Assembly: GCA_049323655.1 (NCBI GenBank)
Contig: JBMONO010000006.1
Span: 18,953 to 82,952 of the forward strand
Direction of reading: 5' to 3'
DNA: 64,000 bases
DNA from: Thermodesulfobacteriota bacterium
Lineage (GTDB): Bacteria; Desulfobacterota; Desulfobulbia; Desulfobulbales; SURF-16
Part shown: piece after piece, positions 19,594 to 30,325 of the stretch
Position numbering within the stretch: the stretch's first letter is position 1
Layout of the letters: the number at the start of each line of letters is the position of its first letter
Position numbers and translations under genes: made by a program
Notes under the pieces: generated by a model
Told to the model about the DNA's origin: nothing
The model's input: the letters and a program-made list of their open reading frames with translations, nothing else
Database searches by the model: none

Positions 19594-19611
19594 GACCGCC
19601 GCCGAACCCGT

Positions 19612-20277
19612 TTATCGATGGGACAGCGCCACATCGGAAAGTCCCCGCACCAGCCGGGCAACGGCGTCGCCCCCGGCTTCACAGGCATCCCGAAGACGCC
19701 AGGCGGCAGGATCACGGTCCTCCACCATGTTGCTGACGCAGCGCACTTCCACCATATCCACCCCGAAACCGAGACAGACCCTGGCAAGGGCGGCGCCCTC
19801 CATGTTTTCGCAGATAGCGTTGCAGGAATTGCGGAGATAGGCGCCCCGCCTGGCTGTTCCGCTGGCGCAGTTTACCGTGACAAAGGTCCCGCTGCCGCAG
19901 GGCAGATGCTCCAGTTCAAGGATCCGGCGCGACTCGGCAAAGAGCTGGTTGTCCAGAGAAAACTCCCGGTTAATCCTCATGGTTTCCCCTGACAGGGCTT
20001 CGATCCACTCGCCGTGACAGATGCCGAAATCGGCAAGAATCTCCCGCCGGGCCAGCCCGATATCGAGAAGATCAAGCCCGCCGCCGGGATAGGCGCCGGC
20101 GACCCCGACATTGACCACTGCGGCGACATCCTGATGAAGAGCAAGATAGCGGGTCAGGGCAAAGGCGGCCTCCACCGGCCCGACCCCGGTGACGAGGAAG
20201 GCGACATTGCGGGCCGCAGCCAGATTTTTCCTGGCCGGTTCAAGCTCGAACTCGGTGGCGGCGACAACGAGAAACAT
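19612..20277 (-). CDS. mqnB: Futalosine hydrolase (nucleosidase family)
   Basis: MFLVVAATEFELEP...LVTGVGPVEAA...ENMEGAA, PNP/MTAN-fold motifs, 221 aa. Confidence 0.75.
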   Translation of the reverse strand: MFLVVAATEFELEPARKNLAAARNVAFLVTGVGPVEAAFALTRYLALHQDVAAVVNVGVAGAYPGGGLDLLDIGLARREILADFGICHGEWIEALSGETMRINREFSLDNQLFAESRRILELEHLPCGSGTFVTVNCASGTARRGAYLRNSCNAICENMEGAALARVCLGFGVDMVEVRCVSNMVEDRDPAAWRLRDACEAGGDAVARLVRGLSDVALSHR

Positions 20278-20283
20278 GACGAA

Positions 20284-20682
20284 TCAGAAAAGATGGCGGA
20301 CAAGGGGGCTGCCGGCGAAATCGGTCCGAATTCGCTCCTTGACCCGGTTATCCTTGTCGAGGATGATTACTTTCGGACTAAAGGTCTTCAGCTCGGTTTC
20401 GGAAAACAGGGCATAGCTGACAATAATTATGAGATCGCCGACCTGTCCCTTGCGGGCCGCCGCGCCGTTGAGGCCGATAACGCCGGAACCGGGCTCCCCC
20501 TCGATGGCGTAAGTATCGAAGCGGTCGCCGCTGTAAATGTTATAGACCTTGATCTTTTCAAAGGGATAGAGCCCCGCCTCCTCCATCAGCAACCTGTCGA
20601 TGGTCAGGCTCCCCTCGTACATCAGATCGGCCTGGGTGACCGTGGCCTTGTGCAGCTTTGATTTGAGCATGTAGCGCAGCAT
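20284..20682 (-). CDS. panD: Aspartate 1-decarboxylase
   Basis: MLRYMLKSKLHKATVTQADLMYEGSLTID (pyruvoyl GS site). Start taken at the MLRYML Met. Confidence 0.9.
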   Translation of the reverse strand: MLRYMLKSKLHKATVTQADLMYEGSLTIDRLLMEEAGLYPFEKIKVYNIYSGDRFDTYAIEGEPGSGVIGLNGAAARKGQVGDLIIIVSYALFSETELKTFSPKVIILDKDNRVKERIRTDFAGSPLVRHLF

Positions 20683-20727
20683 ATATTCACCTCGGCCCAT
20701 GCGGGCCAGTCATATGACGAAAGAACC

Positions 20728-21573
20728 TCACCCGACGAGCAGGGTATTGTCGATCAGCCGGGTCCGACCAATTCGCACTGCCAGGGCAAGGAGTGATTTT
20801 TCGGAGATGACGGCCGAGGGCGCCAGCGTGTCGGCGTCAACGATCTCCACATAATCGATGTCGTCCGCCCCTGCCCTCCGCAGCTCAGCAACCACCGTCT
20901 CGCGCAGCCGGATCGGATCCTGCTCGCCGGCCGCGACCTGTTCCCGGGCCAGCCGCAGGGAACGGGAAAGGGAGAGGGCGCGGATGCGCTCTTCCGGGGA
21001 AAGATAGGCATTGCGGGAACTCATGGCCAGCCCGTCCGCCTCCCGGACAATGGGGAGGGAAACGATGGAAACAGGCATGTTGAGATCGGCCACCATTTTT
21101 CTGATCACCGCGAGCTGCTGAAAGTCCTTTTCCCCGAAAATGGCGCAATCGGGCTGCACCATGTTGAAGAGTTTGGTCACCACGGTGGTGACCCCGGCAA
21201 AATGACCGGGCCGCGAAGCGCCGCACAGGGTCGCAGTCAGAGAGTCCACCTCGACCCGGGTGGCAAAGCCTGCAGGATAAACGTCCTCGACCGCAGGGAC
21301 AAAGAGGACGGCGACCCCCGCCTTTTCGGCCAGATCACGGTCCCGCTCAAAGGCGCGGGGATAGCGGGCGAGATCCTCGTTGGGACCAAACTGGATGGGA
21401 TTGACAAAGAGGGAGACCACCACCTGATCGGCCACTTCTTTACCGCGGCGCATCAGGCCCAGATGACCGTCATGGAAAAAACCCATGGTCGGCACGAGAG
21501 CAAGCGTCCTAGCCGCCTCACGCGCCCTTTTCGACCAGGAGTGCATCTCCCGCGGCGAACGGATAATCTCCAT
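20728..21573 (-). CDS. panC: Pantoate-beta-alanine ligase
   Basis: LVPTMGFFHDGHLGLMR, FGEKDFQQL, 281 aa. Confidence 0.92.
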   Translation of the reverse strand: MEIIRSPREMHSWSKRAREAARTLALVPTMGFFHDGHLGLMRRGKEVADQVVVSLFVNPIQFGPNEDLARYPRAFERDRDLAEKAGVAVLFVPAVEDVYPAGFATRVEVDSLTATLCGASRPGHFAGVTTVVTKLFNMVQPDCAIFGEKDFQQLAVIRKMVADLNMPVSIVSLPIVREADGLAMSSRNAYLSPEERIRALSLSRSLRLAREQVAAGEQDPIRLRETVVAELRRAGADDIDYVEIVDADTLAPSAVISEKSLLALAVRIGRTRLIDNTLLVG

Positions 21574-21580
21574 GGCCGAC

Positions 21581-22261
21581 TCACATGGCGGCCAGCTTGG
21601 CCGTCACCCACTCCTGCATGGCGGGATCAAGGTCGGCCATCGCCTTGATCGCCTCGTAGCTGGCCCGGGCCTTGCCGCTGTCACCGCTCACCTCGTGCAT
21701 CCTCGCCCCGCCAAGGTGTCCGAGCAAGGCAAAACCGCTGATCCCCTGCAATGCGGTGTAATGGGTCAGGGCCTCATCATGTTTGCCATCAAATTCACAG
21801 GCCTGGGCGAGATCGAGCAACAGCAGCGGATAGATATGATCCTTGCCGTCGACTGTCGTCAGAAGCGCGGCCAGCGCCTCCCGCGCCTTACCGTATTCCT
21901 TGTTCTCCATCAGTTCATGGGCCAGGGCGACCTTGCCCCACAGGGCGGCGTCGCTGCGCGGATATTCTGCCAGCAGCCGGTTCAGTTCGGTCCGCCGCTC
22001 TTCCGGCTTCTCCAGCTTGAGCGCCTGAGCCAGCATGGAGGTGGAATCATTGCGCTGCTTTGTGCTGTAATAGTCGTAGCCGGACCAGGCAATGGTCAGT
22101 ACCAGCACTGCCATCAGGCCATTCTGGAGCAGACGGGCATTGTCGCGAATGAACTGGCGCAGCCGGGGCGGCAGATTGAGTTCATCGAGCAGGGTGCGTT
22201 TCGCCTGGGTCACCTCTTCGACGTGCAGCTTCAAAAAGGGGCTTTTCTGTTCTTCCGTCAT
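21581..22261 (-). CDS. Membrane-anchored TPR protein (YfgM-like)
   Basis: Single N-terminal TM (LMAVLVLTIAWSGY) followed by TPR-like helices. 226 aa. Confidence 0.5.
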   Translation of the reverse strand: MTEEQKSPFLKLHVEEVTQAKRTLLDELNLPPRLRQFIRDNARLLQNGLMAVLVLTIAWSGYDYYSTKQRNDSTSMLAQALKLEKPEERRTELNRLLAEYPRSDAALWGKVALAHELMENKEYGKAREALAALLTTVDGKDHIYPLLLLDLAQACEFDGKHDEALTHYTALQGISGFALLGHLGGARMHEVSGDSGKARASYEAIKAMADLDPAMQEWVTAKLAAM

Positions 22262-22436
22262 CTCCGAATCCTTTTGCAGATCATGTTATTCCGGCTGCGG
22301 AACCGGCGCTTTTTCCCGGCCCGGCCTTTTTTTGTTTGAAAGTGGGCGCAGCAGCCTCTATGATGACTGAGCCCTGCTGCCGGTTCAGGACACCGACCCG
22401 GACAACCGCTGATCGCCACACCAATGAACACTTGTC

Positions 22437-22605
22437 GGAATCGTAAAAGCCACGATTCCGACGGGCGGTGTATTGTCGCTCGTTGTTTTCTCGTTCCCGC
22501 CTGCCATGGTTTGCGGTTTTTTGCGAGACCATCAACATTTCAGCAGGGGGACGATTCAGTTTCTTTTTCCAAGCTGGATAATTACAAATCAGTTACTCTA
22601 CTAGC
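22437..22605. repeat. Decayed or rearranged remnants of the MITE-like repeat
   Basis: The pieces AATCGTAAAAGCC, TTTTGCGAGACCATCAAC and ATAATTACAAATCAGTTACTCT match the left end, right end and core of the repeat, but out of order. Confidence 0.3.
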
Positions 22606-22672
22606 CGGAAGAAAAAAAATCAACGCAACACTTTGTCCCATCCCGGCAAACAGCAAAAAGAGCCCGTTTCCC

Positions 22673-24016
22673 ATGCCTCTCTCCCCTTATGCAACCACCG
22701 TGCAGACCGTCGGCGAACTGACCCGCTCCATCCGCGGTCTCCTGGAAACGGAATTTTCCTTTGTCACCGTGTCCGGGGAGATATCGAACCTCAAACGCCC
22801 CTTTTCCGGCCATCTTTACTTCACCTTAAAGGACAGCGAGGCGCAGATCCGGGTCGTGCTCTTCAAGCCCCAGCAGCGCTACCTCGCCGCCCCGCTCCAG
22901 GACGGCATCCAGGTTATCTGCCGGGGCAGGGTATCGGTTTACGAACCACGGGGCGAATATCAGATCATTGCCGACTTCGTTGACAGCATGGGAACCGGCG
23001 CCCTGCAGATCGCCTTCGACGCCCTCAAAAAAAAACTGGCAGCCGAAGGGCTGTTCGACCTTGCCCGCAAACGGCGGTTGCCCTTTCTGCCGGAACGGAT
23101 CTTTCTCGTCACCTCCCCCGGCGGCGCCGCCCTCCACGATTTCCTGCGCATTGCCGCCGGTCGCTTTCCCGGGGTTCCCATCCGTATCTATCCGGTGCGG
23201 GTGCAGGGCGAGGGGGCGGGAACGGAGATCACCCAGACCATTGCTACGGTCAATCGCCGTGAGGAAGAAGGGGTCATCGTTCTTTGCCGGGGCGGCGGCT
23301 CCCTTGAAGATCTCTGGGCCTTTAACGAGGAAACGGTGGCCCGGGCCATCTTCGCCTCACGCCTGCCGGTGGTGTCCGCCATCGGCCACGAGGTGGATGT
23401 CACCATTGCCGATTTCGTCGCCGACCATCGCTCTCCCACCCCGACCGCAGCGGCAAAGGACGTGCTGCCGGACCGCGACGCCCTTCGCGAACTGGTGGAC
23501 AACCGGCAAAAACGGCTGCGCCGCGCCCTGCTGGCAAAAATGGAGCAGCTGCGCCGACGGCTCGCCTTTGCCCGCCAGGCCCTGGGCGATCCGTCCAGCA
23601 GGCTTGCCCATCACCGTCTGTGGCTCGACAACATCCAGCTTTCCATGGTCGCGGCCATGGCCACCATTTTTCATGCGCGACAGGCCGAGCTGCTCGATCT
23701 GGAAAAACGACTGGCCCGCCACAACCCGGCGGCATACCTGGCTGACCGGCGCCGCGCCCTGGATAAAGAAACGAACCGGCTTGTCCAGCTCGTCGACCTG
23801 CTGCTGGAACGCAAGGGTCGGGAACTGGAAAAGACGGCGGCCCTGCTGCATGCGGTGAGTCCGCTCGCCGTGCTGGACCGCGGTTACGCCATTGTCAGCC
23901 GCGAGGAGGACGAAACGATCCTCCGCCGTGCCGACCAGGCCGCAGAGGGCGACCTGCTTCGCATCCGGCTGCGGCACGGCACCCTGCGCAGCCGGGTGGT
24001 GGGAGAGGCGTCATGA
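22673..24016 (+). CDS. xseA: Exodeoxyribonuclease VII large subunit
   Basis: TVGELTRSIRGLLETEFSFVTVSGEISNLKRPFSGHLYFTLKD (OB fold), GGGSLEDLWAFN. Start ATG 22673; the track start at 22424 is too early. Confidence 0.9.
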   Translation: MPLSPYATTVQTVGELTRSIRGLLETEFSFVTVSGEISNLKRPFSGHLYFTLKDSEAQIRVVLFKPQQRYLAAPLQDGIQVICRGRVSVYEPRGEYQIIADFVDSMGTGALQIAFDALKKKLAAEGLFDLARKRRLPFLPERIFLVTSPGGAALHDFLRIAAGRFPGVPIRIYPVRVQGEGAGTEITQTIATVNRREEEGVIVLCRGGGSLEDLWAFNEETVARAIFASRLPVVSAIGHEVDVTIADFVADHRSPTPTAAAKDVLPDRDALRELVDNRQKRLRRALLAKMEQLRRRLAFARQALGDPSSRLAHHRLWLDNIQLSMVAAMATIFHARQAELLDLEKRLARHNPAAYLADRRRALDKETNRLVQLVDLLLERKGRELEKTAALLHAVSPLAVLDRGYAIVSREEDETILRRADQAAEGDLLRIRLRHGTLRSRVVGEAS

Positions 24017-24059
24017 AGGGATCCGCGGTGGGCCGCCATTGGCAAGGAGACGACTGCCT

Positions 24060-25835
24060 GTGAAGAGTCCGGCAAAACGAGCCGGGATCTCCTTTCTCCA
24101 GGCCGTCTCCATGCTCACCCCCTTTTTTCGCCTCTACTGGCCCCGGCTGGCCGCGGGGCTCGTTGCCCTGCTGCTGGTGGACTTTCTCCAGCTCCTCATC
24201 CCCCGCTTTATCAAACGGGCAGTTGACGCCCTGGCCGAGGGAACAGCCAGCGACAGTCTGCTGCTCGCCTGCGCCGGCCTCATTCTTCTCCCCGCCGCCG
24301 GCATTGCCGTCTGCCGTTTTCTCTGGCGCTCCCTGGTTCTCGGTTTTTCAAGGCTGGTGGAGCGGGATCTGCGGGACCGGCTGCTGACCCACATCCTCAC
24401 CCAGGACAGCGCCTTTTTCCAGCGCCATCCGACCGGCGCCATCATGGCGCTTTCCGGCAACGATCTCACTGCGGTCCAGCTCGCCTGCGGCATGGGGCTC
24501 GTTGCCGCGGTGGACGCGGTGGTCATGACGGGAGCGGCGCTTTGCTTCATGGCCTATATCAGTCCCCTGCTCACCCTGATCGCCGTCGCCCCCATGCCGG
24601 TTCTCGCCCTCTCCACCCGGCTGCTCTCCGGCCTGCTGCACAGACGGTTCGAGAAGGTGCAGGAGCTCTTTGCCTCCCTGACGACCTTCGCCGGCACAGC
24701 CCTCCACAACATCCATCTGATCAAGGCCTATACCCAGGAAGAGAACCAGACACAGCATTTCGACCAGTTGGGAAGAAGGTACGTTACCGGCAACCTCAAG
24801 GTGGCAACAATCCAGGGCACCCTGCAGCCGCTCTCCGGCCTGGTGGCCAACAGCTGCCTGCTCCTCGTTCTTTTCTTCGGCGGCCGGCTCGCCATCGGCG
24901 AGGTCATCACGGTGGGCGATTTCGTCGCCTTCATCTCCTATCTCTTCATGCTCACCTGGCCGATGATGGCCATCGGCTGGGTGGTCAACCTCTTCCAGCG
25001 CGGCGCGACCTCCCTGGGCCGTTTGCAGGAGGTCTTCGCCGCAAAACCGCTGCTCGCCGATCCCGTCGGGTCGGCGCACCCGCTGCCACCGCCCCGCCGC
25101 CTCATCCTGGACCGCCTCACCTTCAGCTATCCCGGCCAGCAGCACCCTGCCCTCATTGACATCAACCTGACTCTCAGTGAGGGCATTGTCGGCCTGGTGG
25201 GCAAGACCGGTTCCGGCAAAAGCACCCTCTGCCATATTCTCGCCCGCCTCTATCCGGTGGCGGACCACAGCTATCTGCTCGACGGCCGCGACGTCAACGA
25301 TCTTGCCCTTGCCGCGGTGCGCGGCGCCGTGGCTTATGTCCCGCAGCAGACCATCCTCTTTTCCGAGACCATTGCCTTCAACATCGCCCTGGGCCGACCG
25401 GATGCCGGCATGAAGGAGATCGAAGCGGCGGCCCGGACCGCCGCCATCCACGACGAGATCATGGCAATGACGGACGGCTACCAGTCACGTATCGGTGAAC
25501 GCGGGGTGAAACTCTCCGGCGGCCAACGCCAGCGCATCGCCCTGGCCCGGGCGCTGCTCCTTGATCGGCCGATTATCATCATCGATGACGGCCTGTCGGC
25601 GGTGGACATGGAAACCGAACATGCCATCATCGCCGGTATCGCCGCCATGTTACGCGGCAAGATCTGCCTCATTGTCTCCCATCGGGTGGCGCCGCTTGCC
25701 GATGCCGGGGAGATCCTGGTCATGGAACAGGGACGAATCGCGGCCCGGGGAACCCACCACGCCCTGCTGGCGGACAACGATTTTTACCGGACCATCTATC
25801 GGCATCAGACGGTTGCCGAGGGGGAGACCAACTGA
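24060..25835 (+). CDS. ABC exporter, fused permease/ATPase (heterodimer partner 1)
   Basis: Six-TM exporter domain, then Walker A GKTGSGKST, signature LSGGQRQR and Walker B IIIIDD. Start is GTG 24060 (AAGGAGA RBS upstream) or ATG 24111. Confidence 0.85.
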   Translation: MKSPAKRAGISFLQAVSMLTPFFRLYWPRLAAGLVALLLVDFLQLLIPRFIKRAVDALAEGTASDSLLLACAGLILLPAAGIAVCRFLWRSLVLGFSRLVERDLRDRLLTHILTQDSAFFQRHPTGAIMALSGNDLTAVQLACGMGLVAAVDAVVMTGAALCFMAYISPLLTLIAVAPMPVLALSTRLLSGLLHRRFEKVQELFASLTTFAGTALHNIHLIKAYTQEENQTQHFDQLGRRYVTGNLKVATIQGTLQPLSGLVANSCLLLVLFFGGRLAIGEVITVGDFVAFISYLFMLTWPMMAIGWVVNLFQRGATSLGRLQEVFAAKPLLADPVGSAHPLPPPRRLILDRLTFSYPGQQHPALIDINLTLSEGIVGLVGKTGSGKSTLCHILARLYPVADHSYLLDGRDVNDLALAAVRGAVAYVPQQTILFSETIAFNIALGRPDAGMKEIEAAARTAAIHDEIMAMTDGYQSRIGERGVKLSGGQRQRIALARALLLDRPIIIIDDGLSAVDMETEHAIIAGIAAMLRGKICLIVSHRVAPLADAGEILVMEQGRIAARGTHHALLADNDFYRTIYRHQTVAEGETN

Positions 25836-25836
25836 C

Positions 25837-27678
25837 ATGCGGTACGGGTTCGGTTATTTCGAGGAGGATCAGCTCGGCCGCTTCGCCGACACCGGCATCT
25901 GGCGGCGCATCATCGCCTATTCCCGGCCCTACCTGCTAAAAATGATTGCCGCGGTGCTGCTCTCCCTTGTCGTCATCGGCGCCGGCCTGGCCCTGCCCTA
26001 CATGGTGCGGCTCGGCATCGACCGCTTTATCGTCACCACCGACCTTGCCCCTGCGCTGCGCATTGATGGCCTGGCCCGTCTCGCCATCCTCTTTGTCGGC
26101 GTCATCCTCGGCGGTTTTGCCGCCAATTTCAGCCAGGTCTTCCTCCTGGAGTGGATCGGCCAGGCCATCATGCACCGCCTGCGCCAGCAGCTCTTCCGCC
26201 ACCTGCTCGATCTCGATCTCGCCTTCTTCAACAACAATCCCGCCGGCAAACTGGTGACACGGCTGACCAACGACATCCAGAATATGCACGAGATGTTCAC
26301 CTCGGTCATCGTCACCCTCTTCAACGACTTTATCCAGTTGGCCGGCATCATGGCCATCCTTTACTGGATGAACTGGCGGCTCGCCCTCATCCTCACCCTG
26401 CTGGTGCCGTTCATCATCGGCAACACCCTCTGGTTCAGCCGGCTTGCCCGCGACGTTTTCCGGGTCATCCGCACCCGGCTTGCCCGGATCAACGCCTTTC
26501 TGCAGGAATCGCTCAGCGGGATCGCGGTGCTCCAGCTCTTCCTGCGGGAAAAAGACACGCGGGAAAAATTCGTCGAGCTGAACCAGGCGTATCTGGAGAA
26601 AAATCTCCATCAGATCAGACTGTTTGCCATCTTCATGCCGGCCATCGAGCTCTTTTCCGCCATCGCCCTTGCCGCCATCATCTGGTACGGCGGCGGCAGC
26701 GTCATCCGCGAGCAGATGACGCTCGGCGAACTTTCGGCCTTTATCGCCTACATGCGCCTCTTTTTCCAGCCGATCCGCGAGCTTTCCCAGAAATACTCCA
26801 TCGTTCAATCAGCCATGGCATCGGCGGAACGGATCTTCGAATTGCTCGACACCACACCAAACCTCCCGGCCGGGACGGTCCGGACAAAGACGCCGGGCGA
26901 CGCCGGCCGGGTGGAATTCCGCCATGTCTCCTTTTCCTACGCTCCGGGCGCTCCCGTCCTGCACAATCTTTCCTTCGTTGTCCCGCCAGGAACAACGCTG
27001 GCCATTGTCGGCGCCACCGGCTCGGGCAAATCGACCATCGTCCAGCTGCTGGAACGTTTCTATGATCCCGACAACGGGGAGATCCTTCTTGACGGTCGTA
27101 ACCTGCGCGAGCTTGACAGCCGCTGGCTGCGGGGCAGAATTGGTCTCGTCATGCAGGAGGTATTCATCATCCCCGGCACCATCAGGGACAATGTCCTCCT
27201 CGGCCGGGAACTGACGGAGGAACAAGTGGCGACGATCACCCGCCAGGCCCAGCTCACCGGGCTTATCAGCCGGTTGCCGGACGGCCTCGCCACCCTGATC
27301 GGCGAGGGCGGCATGGACCTTTCCGCCGGCGAAAAACAGCTGCTTGCCTTTGCCCGGGTGCTGGTCCGCGATCCGGAGGTGCTGATTCTGGACGAGGCCA
27401 CCGCCAGCGTTGATTCGGAAACGGAGATGCGCATCGACCAGGCCATTGCCTCGACGCTCGCCGGCCGCACCAGCATCGTCATCGCCCATCGACTCTCCAC
27501 CATCCGACGAGCCGACACCATCCTCGTCATGGAACAGGGCCGCATCAGGGAGCAGGGCCGCCACGAAGAACTGCTGGCCAGGGGAGGCCTCTACCGCCGC
27601 CTCCACGACCTGCAGCTCTCCGGCAACGGAGACAACACCAAGATAAAGGACCCTTTCAGACAAAAAACAGGGTCCTGA
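25837..27678 (+). CDS. ABC exporter, fused permease/ATPase (heterodimer partner 2)
   Basis: Starts 1 nt after the partner's stop. Walker A GATGSGKST, signature LSAGEKQL, Walker B LILDEA. Confidence 0.88.
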   Translation: MRYGFGYFEEDQLGRFADTGIWRRIIAYSRPYLLKMIAAVLLSLVVIGAGLALPYMVRLGIDRFIVTTDLAPALRIDGLARLAILFVGVILGGFAANFSQVFLLEWIGQAIMHRLRQQLFRHLLDLDLAFFNNNPAGKLVTRLTNDIQNMHEMFTSVIVTLFNDFIQLAGIMAILYWMNWRLALILTLLVPFIIGNTLWFSRLARDVFRVIRTRLARINAFLQESLSGIAVLQLFLREKDTREKFVELNQAYLEKNLHQIRLFAIFMPAIELFSAIALAAIIWYGGGSVIREQMTLGELSAFIAYMRLFFQPIRELSQKYSIVQSAMASAERIFELLDTTPNLPAGTVRTKTPGDAGRVEFRHVSFSYAPGAPVLHNLSFVVPPGTTLAIVGATGSGKSTIVQLLERFYDPDNGEILLDGRNLRELDSRWLRGRIGLVMQEVFIIPGTIRDNVLLGRELTEEQVATITRQAQLTGLISRLPDGLATLIGEGGMDLSAGEKQLLAFARVLVRDPEVLILDEATASVDSETEMRIDQAIASTLAGRTSIVIAHRLSTIRRADTILVMEQGRIREQGRHEELLARGGLYRRLHDLQLSGNGDNTKIKDPFRQKTGS

Positions 27679-27806
27679 AGCAAATCGAACGCAATCCGAA
27701 CCCAGACCGAACACTTTCCATCCATCATAAGATGGAACCGAACATCGGCCTTGCGCGCCATCCCTTTTCCCATAATCTTCCATCAACATCTTTAACCCTG
27801 GTTCCG

Positions 27807-28493
27807 ATGACACAGACAAAAGACGTGCGCCCTGATTGTCTCCTCACTGCTTTGCTTTCTCTTCAGCTTCTGCTGTTGGCCGTTACTCCGGCGATTTCGG
27901 GCTCGGAAATCTACCGCTACACCGAACAGCACGGGGTAATGACGACCTTTTTTGACTGGCAGCTCCACCACAGCGATGACGATACCGTCACCATCATTTC
28001 CAGAGGCGACAGGACCCATTATATCAATGTCTGCGAACAAAACGGGGCAACAATCTCATGGCGCATGCAGGGGAAGGATACCGACATCTCGGCCCGGAGG
28101 GAGGACAACACCCTTTTCATCGCCGGAAGCGATGCCGGCAAGGCTATTGACAGAAAAATCATTCTTGATGATCTGCCGTGGTTCCAGCCCCTTTCTTACT
28201 CTCTGAGACATTTGCTGGCACGCGGCAATGGAGAAAAACAGCGATTCTGGATGATCCGGCCCGACACACTCAAACCCCAGAAATTTCAGGCCACCAGGGA
28301 TGAAATGAAAGAAATCACCATTGGCAACGACACCTTTGCCGCCACCAGGGTGACGATCAGACCGGACGGCATGCTTGCCGGTCTCTGGCAGGCATCGTAC
28401 TGGTTCCGCGCCGCCGACGGTCTTTTTTTACGCTACGAAGGGATACATGGTCTACCAGGCACGGCCAAAACAATTATCACCCTTATCCCCTGA
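27807..28493 (+). CDS. Exported hypothetical protein
   Basis: Signal-like N-terminus MTQTKDVRPDCLLTALLSLQLLLLAVTPAISG. No recognisable catalytic motif. Start uncertain (the track gives 27732). Confidence 0.45.
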   Translation: MTQTKDVRPDCLLTALLSLQLLLLAVTPAISGSEIYRYTEQHGVMTTFFDWQLHHSDDDTVTIISRGDRTHYINVCEQNGATISWRMQGKDTDISARREDNTLFIAGSDAGKAIDRKIILDDLPWFQPLSYSLRHLLARGNGEKQRFWMIRPDTLKPQKFQATRDEMKEITIGNDTFAATRVTIRPDGMLAGLWQASYWFRAADGLFLRYEGIHGLPGTAKTIITLIP

Positions 28494-29556
28494 CTTTTTC
28501 TTTTTGGATATTGTCAGCGGCCATCTCGCTATCCCGGCTAACGACAGGAGCCCTGCGGATCGCTGGAACAAAGAGATTGTTAAAAAATTGCGACGTACAT
28601 TTCCGCCATGAATAGTTCTCGGCAAAAACGCGGCACTGAGCGCCGTCAAGGCGTAACGCTCCCGCTACCGCCTTGCCCAGATCCTCATCGAGACAGCCGG
28701 TCACTCCGGAACGGATGATGTTGCGCGGCCCGCTGACCGGATAGGCGGCAACGGGCACGCCGCAGGCCAGGGCCTCAAGAATAACAAGACCGAACGTGTC
28801 GGTGCGGCTGGGAAAAACAAAGACATCGGCAGCCGCCATATAGCGCGCCAGCTCCACTCCTTTTTTGTAACCGGGGAAGCGGACATCCGGGTATTTTTTG
28901 CGCATTTCCGCCAGGGCCGGACCATCACCAACAACATACTTCGTTCCTGTCAGATCGAGCCGCAAAAAATCCTCGATGTTTTTTTCCACCGCCACCCTGC
29001 CGACAAAAAGGGAAATCGGCCGCGGGTCAGCCAGAAAATCTTTGGGTCGTGGCTGGAAAATTTCCGTATCCACCCCACGCGACCAAAGGACAAGATTGGC
29101 AAATCCGCGACCGGTCAGTTCATCTCGTAAATCCTCCGTTGCCACCATGGTCCGTTTTGCCGCGGAATGAAAACGGCGCATGAGGGCATATGACAGGGCC
29201 AGGGGCAACGGTACCCTCAACCTGACATATTCCGGAAAACGGGTATGGTAGGAGGTGGTGAAGCGCAGCCCGCGCTTCCGGCAATAGCGGCGCGCCGACC
29301 AGCCCAGCATCCCCTCGGTGGCGATATGGATCGCATCCGGCTGAAAGGAATCGAGGATCTCCCGTATCCGCCGGCCCGGAAACAGGGAGAGACGGATCTC
29401 CGGATAGGTTGGACAGGGGATGGTTTTGAACATCCAGGGATTGATTACCGTCACCTCGTGACCGGCCTCGCCGAGCATGGCAACGGTGCGGGTCAAGGTG
29501 GTCACCACCCCGTTAACCTGTGGGTGCCAGGCGTCCGTTACGACAGCAATCCGCAT
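28483..29556 (-). CDS. Glycosyltransferase family 4/GT-B
   Basis: MRIAVVTDAWHPQVNGVVTT..., later EPFGLV-like TDTFGLVILEALACGVPV. Confidence 0.8.
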   Translation of the reverse strand: MRIAVVTDAWHPQVNGVVTTLTRTVAMLGEAGHEVTVINPWMFKTIPCPTYPEIRLSLFPGRRIREILDSFQPDAIHIATEGMLGWSARRYCRKRGLRFTTSYHTRFPEYVRLRVPLPLALSYALMRRFHSAAKRTMVATEDLRDELTGRGFANLVLWSRGVDTEIFQPRPKDFLADPRPISLFVGRVAVEKNIEDFLRLDLTGTKYVVGDGPALAEMRKKYPDVRFPGYKKGVELARYMAAADVFVFPSRTDTFGLVILEALACGVPVAAYPVSGPRNIIRSGVTGCLDEDLGKAVAGALRLDGAQCRVFAENYSWRKCTSQFFNNLFVPAIRRAPVVSRDSEMAADNIQKEKVRG

Positions 29557-30325
29557 ACTTTTTCTCCTCCACCCCGGCCAGGGCATGGTTATCCGTCCAG
29601 GTGATAAGCGACAGCCGACCGTCCATATTTTCGGTCAGGGCCGTGCAACTCTCCACCCAATCGCCGATATTGTTGTAAGTTATGTTATCCATCCGCTTGA
29701 TGGCGGCATGATGAATATGACCGCAGATCAGACCGTCCACCTGACGGCGGCTGGCCTCGTGCATGACCACCTCCTCAAAGCGCCCCATGAAATTGACGGC
29801 CTGCTTGACCTTGTGTTTGAGAAAGGCGGACAAAGACCAGTAGGACAGGCCCATCCGCCTGCGTAGCCGACTCAGCCAGCCGCTCACCGAAAGGAGAATC
29901 TCGTAAGCAAAACTGCCCAGCTCGGCAAGCCACTTGTTATGCTGGACAACGGGATCGAATTCATCCCCGTGAGTGACGAGAAAACGACGGCCATCAACGG
30001 TTTCGTGGATGACCTCCTCGGCGATCAGCACGCCGCGCAGGGTCTGACCGGCAAATTTGCGCATCACCTCGTCATGATTGCCGGGGATATAGATCACCCT
30101 GGTGCCGGCGCGGACCTTGCGCAGGATGGCGCGGGCGATACGGTTGTTGATCCGCGGCCAGTAAACCTTTTTCTGCAATTTCCAGAAGTCGATGATGTCA
30201 CCGACAAGGTAGAGATAATCGGAATCCGTATGGTGGAGAAACTCAAGCAGATAGGCGCTGTTGACGTTTTTTGAGCCGAGATGCAGATCTGAAATCCAGA
30301 TTGAACGGAAATACATCGATTTCAT
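29513..30325 (-). CDS. LpxH-family metallophosphoesterase (UDP-2,3-diacylglucosamine diphosphatase-like)
   Basis: WISDLHLG, LYLVGDIIDFW, GNHDE, VTHGDEFD, GHIHHA. GGAGG lies just upstream of ATG 30325. Confidence 0.75.
   Translation of the reverse strand: MKSMYFRSIWISDLHLGSKNVNSAYLLEFLHHTDSDYLYLVGDIIDFWKLQKKVYWPRINNRIARAILRKVRAGTRVIYIPGNHDEVMRKFAGQTLRGVLIAEEVIHETVDGRRFLVTHGDEFDPVVQHNKWLAELGSFAYEILLSVSGWLSRLRRRMGLSYWSLSAFLKHKVKQAVNFMGRFEEVVMHEASRRQVDGLICGHIHHAAIKRMDNITYNNIGDWVESCTALTENMDGRLSLITWTDNHALAGVEEKKYADCCRNGRLAPTG

Noticed and set aside
24348-27819. Three long minus-strand ORFs (367, 290 and 336 aa).
   Set aside because: They are antisense to the two ABC exporter genes, which have Walker A/B and signature motifs. 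Their composition is low-complexity and G/D/E/R-rich.
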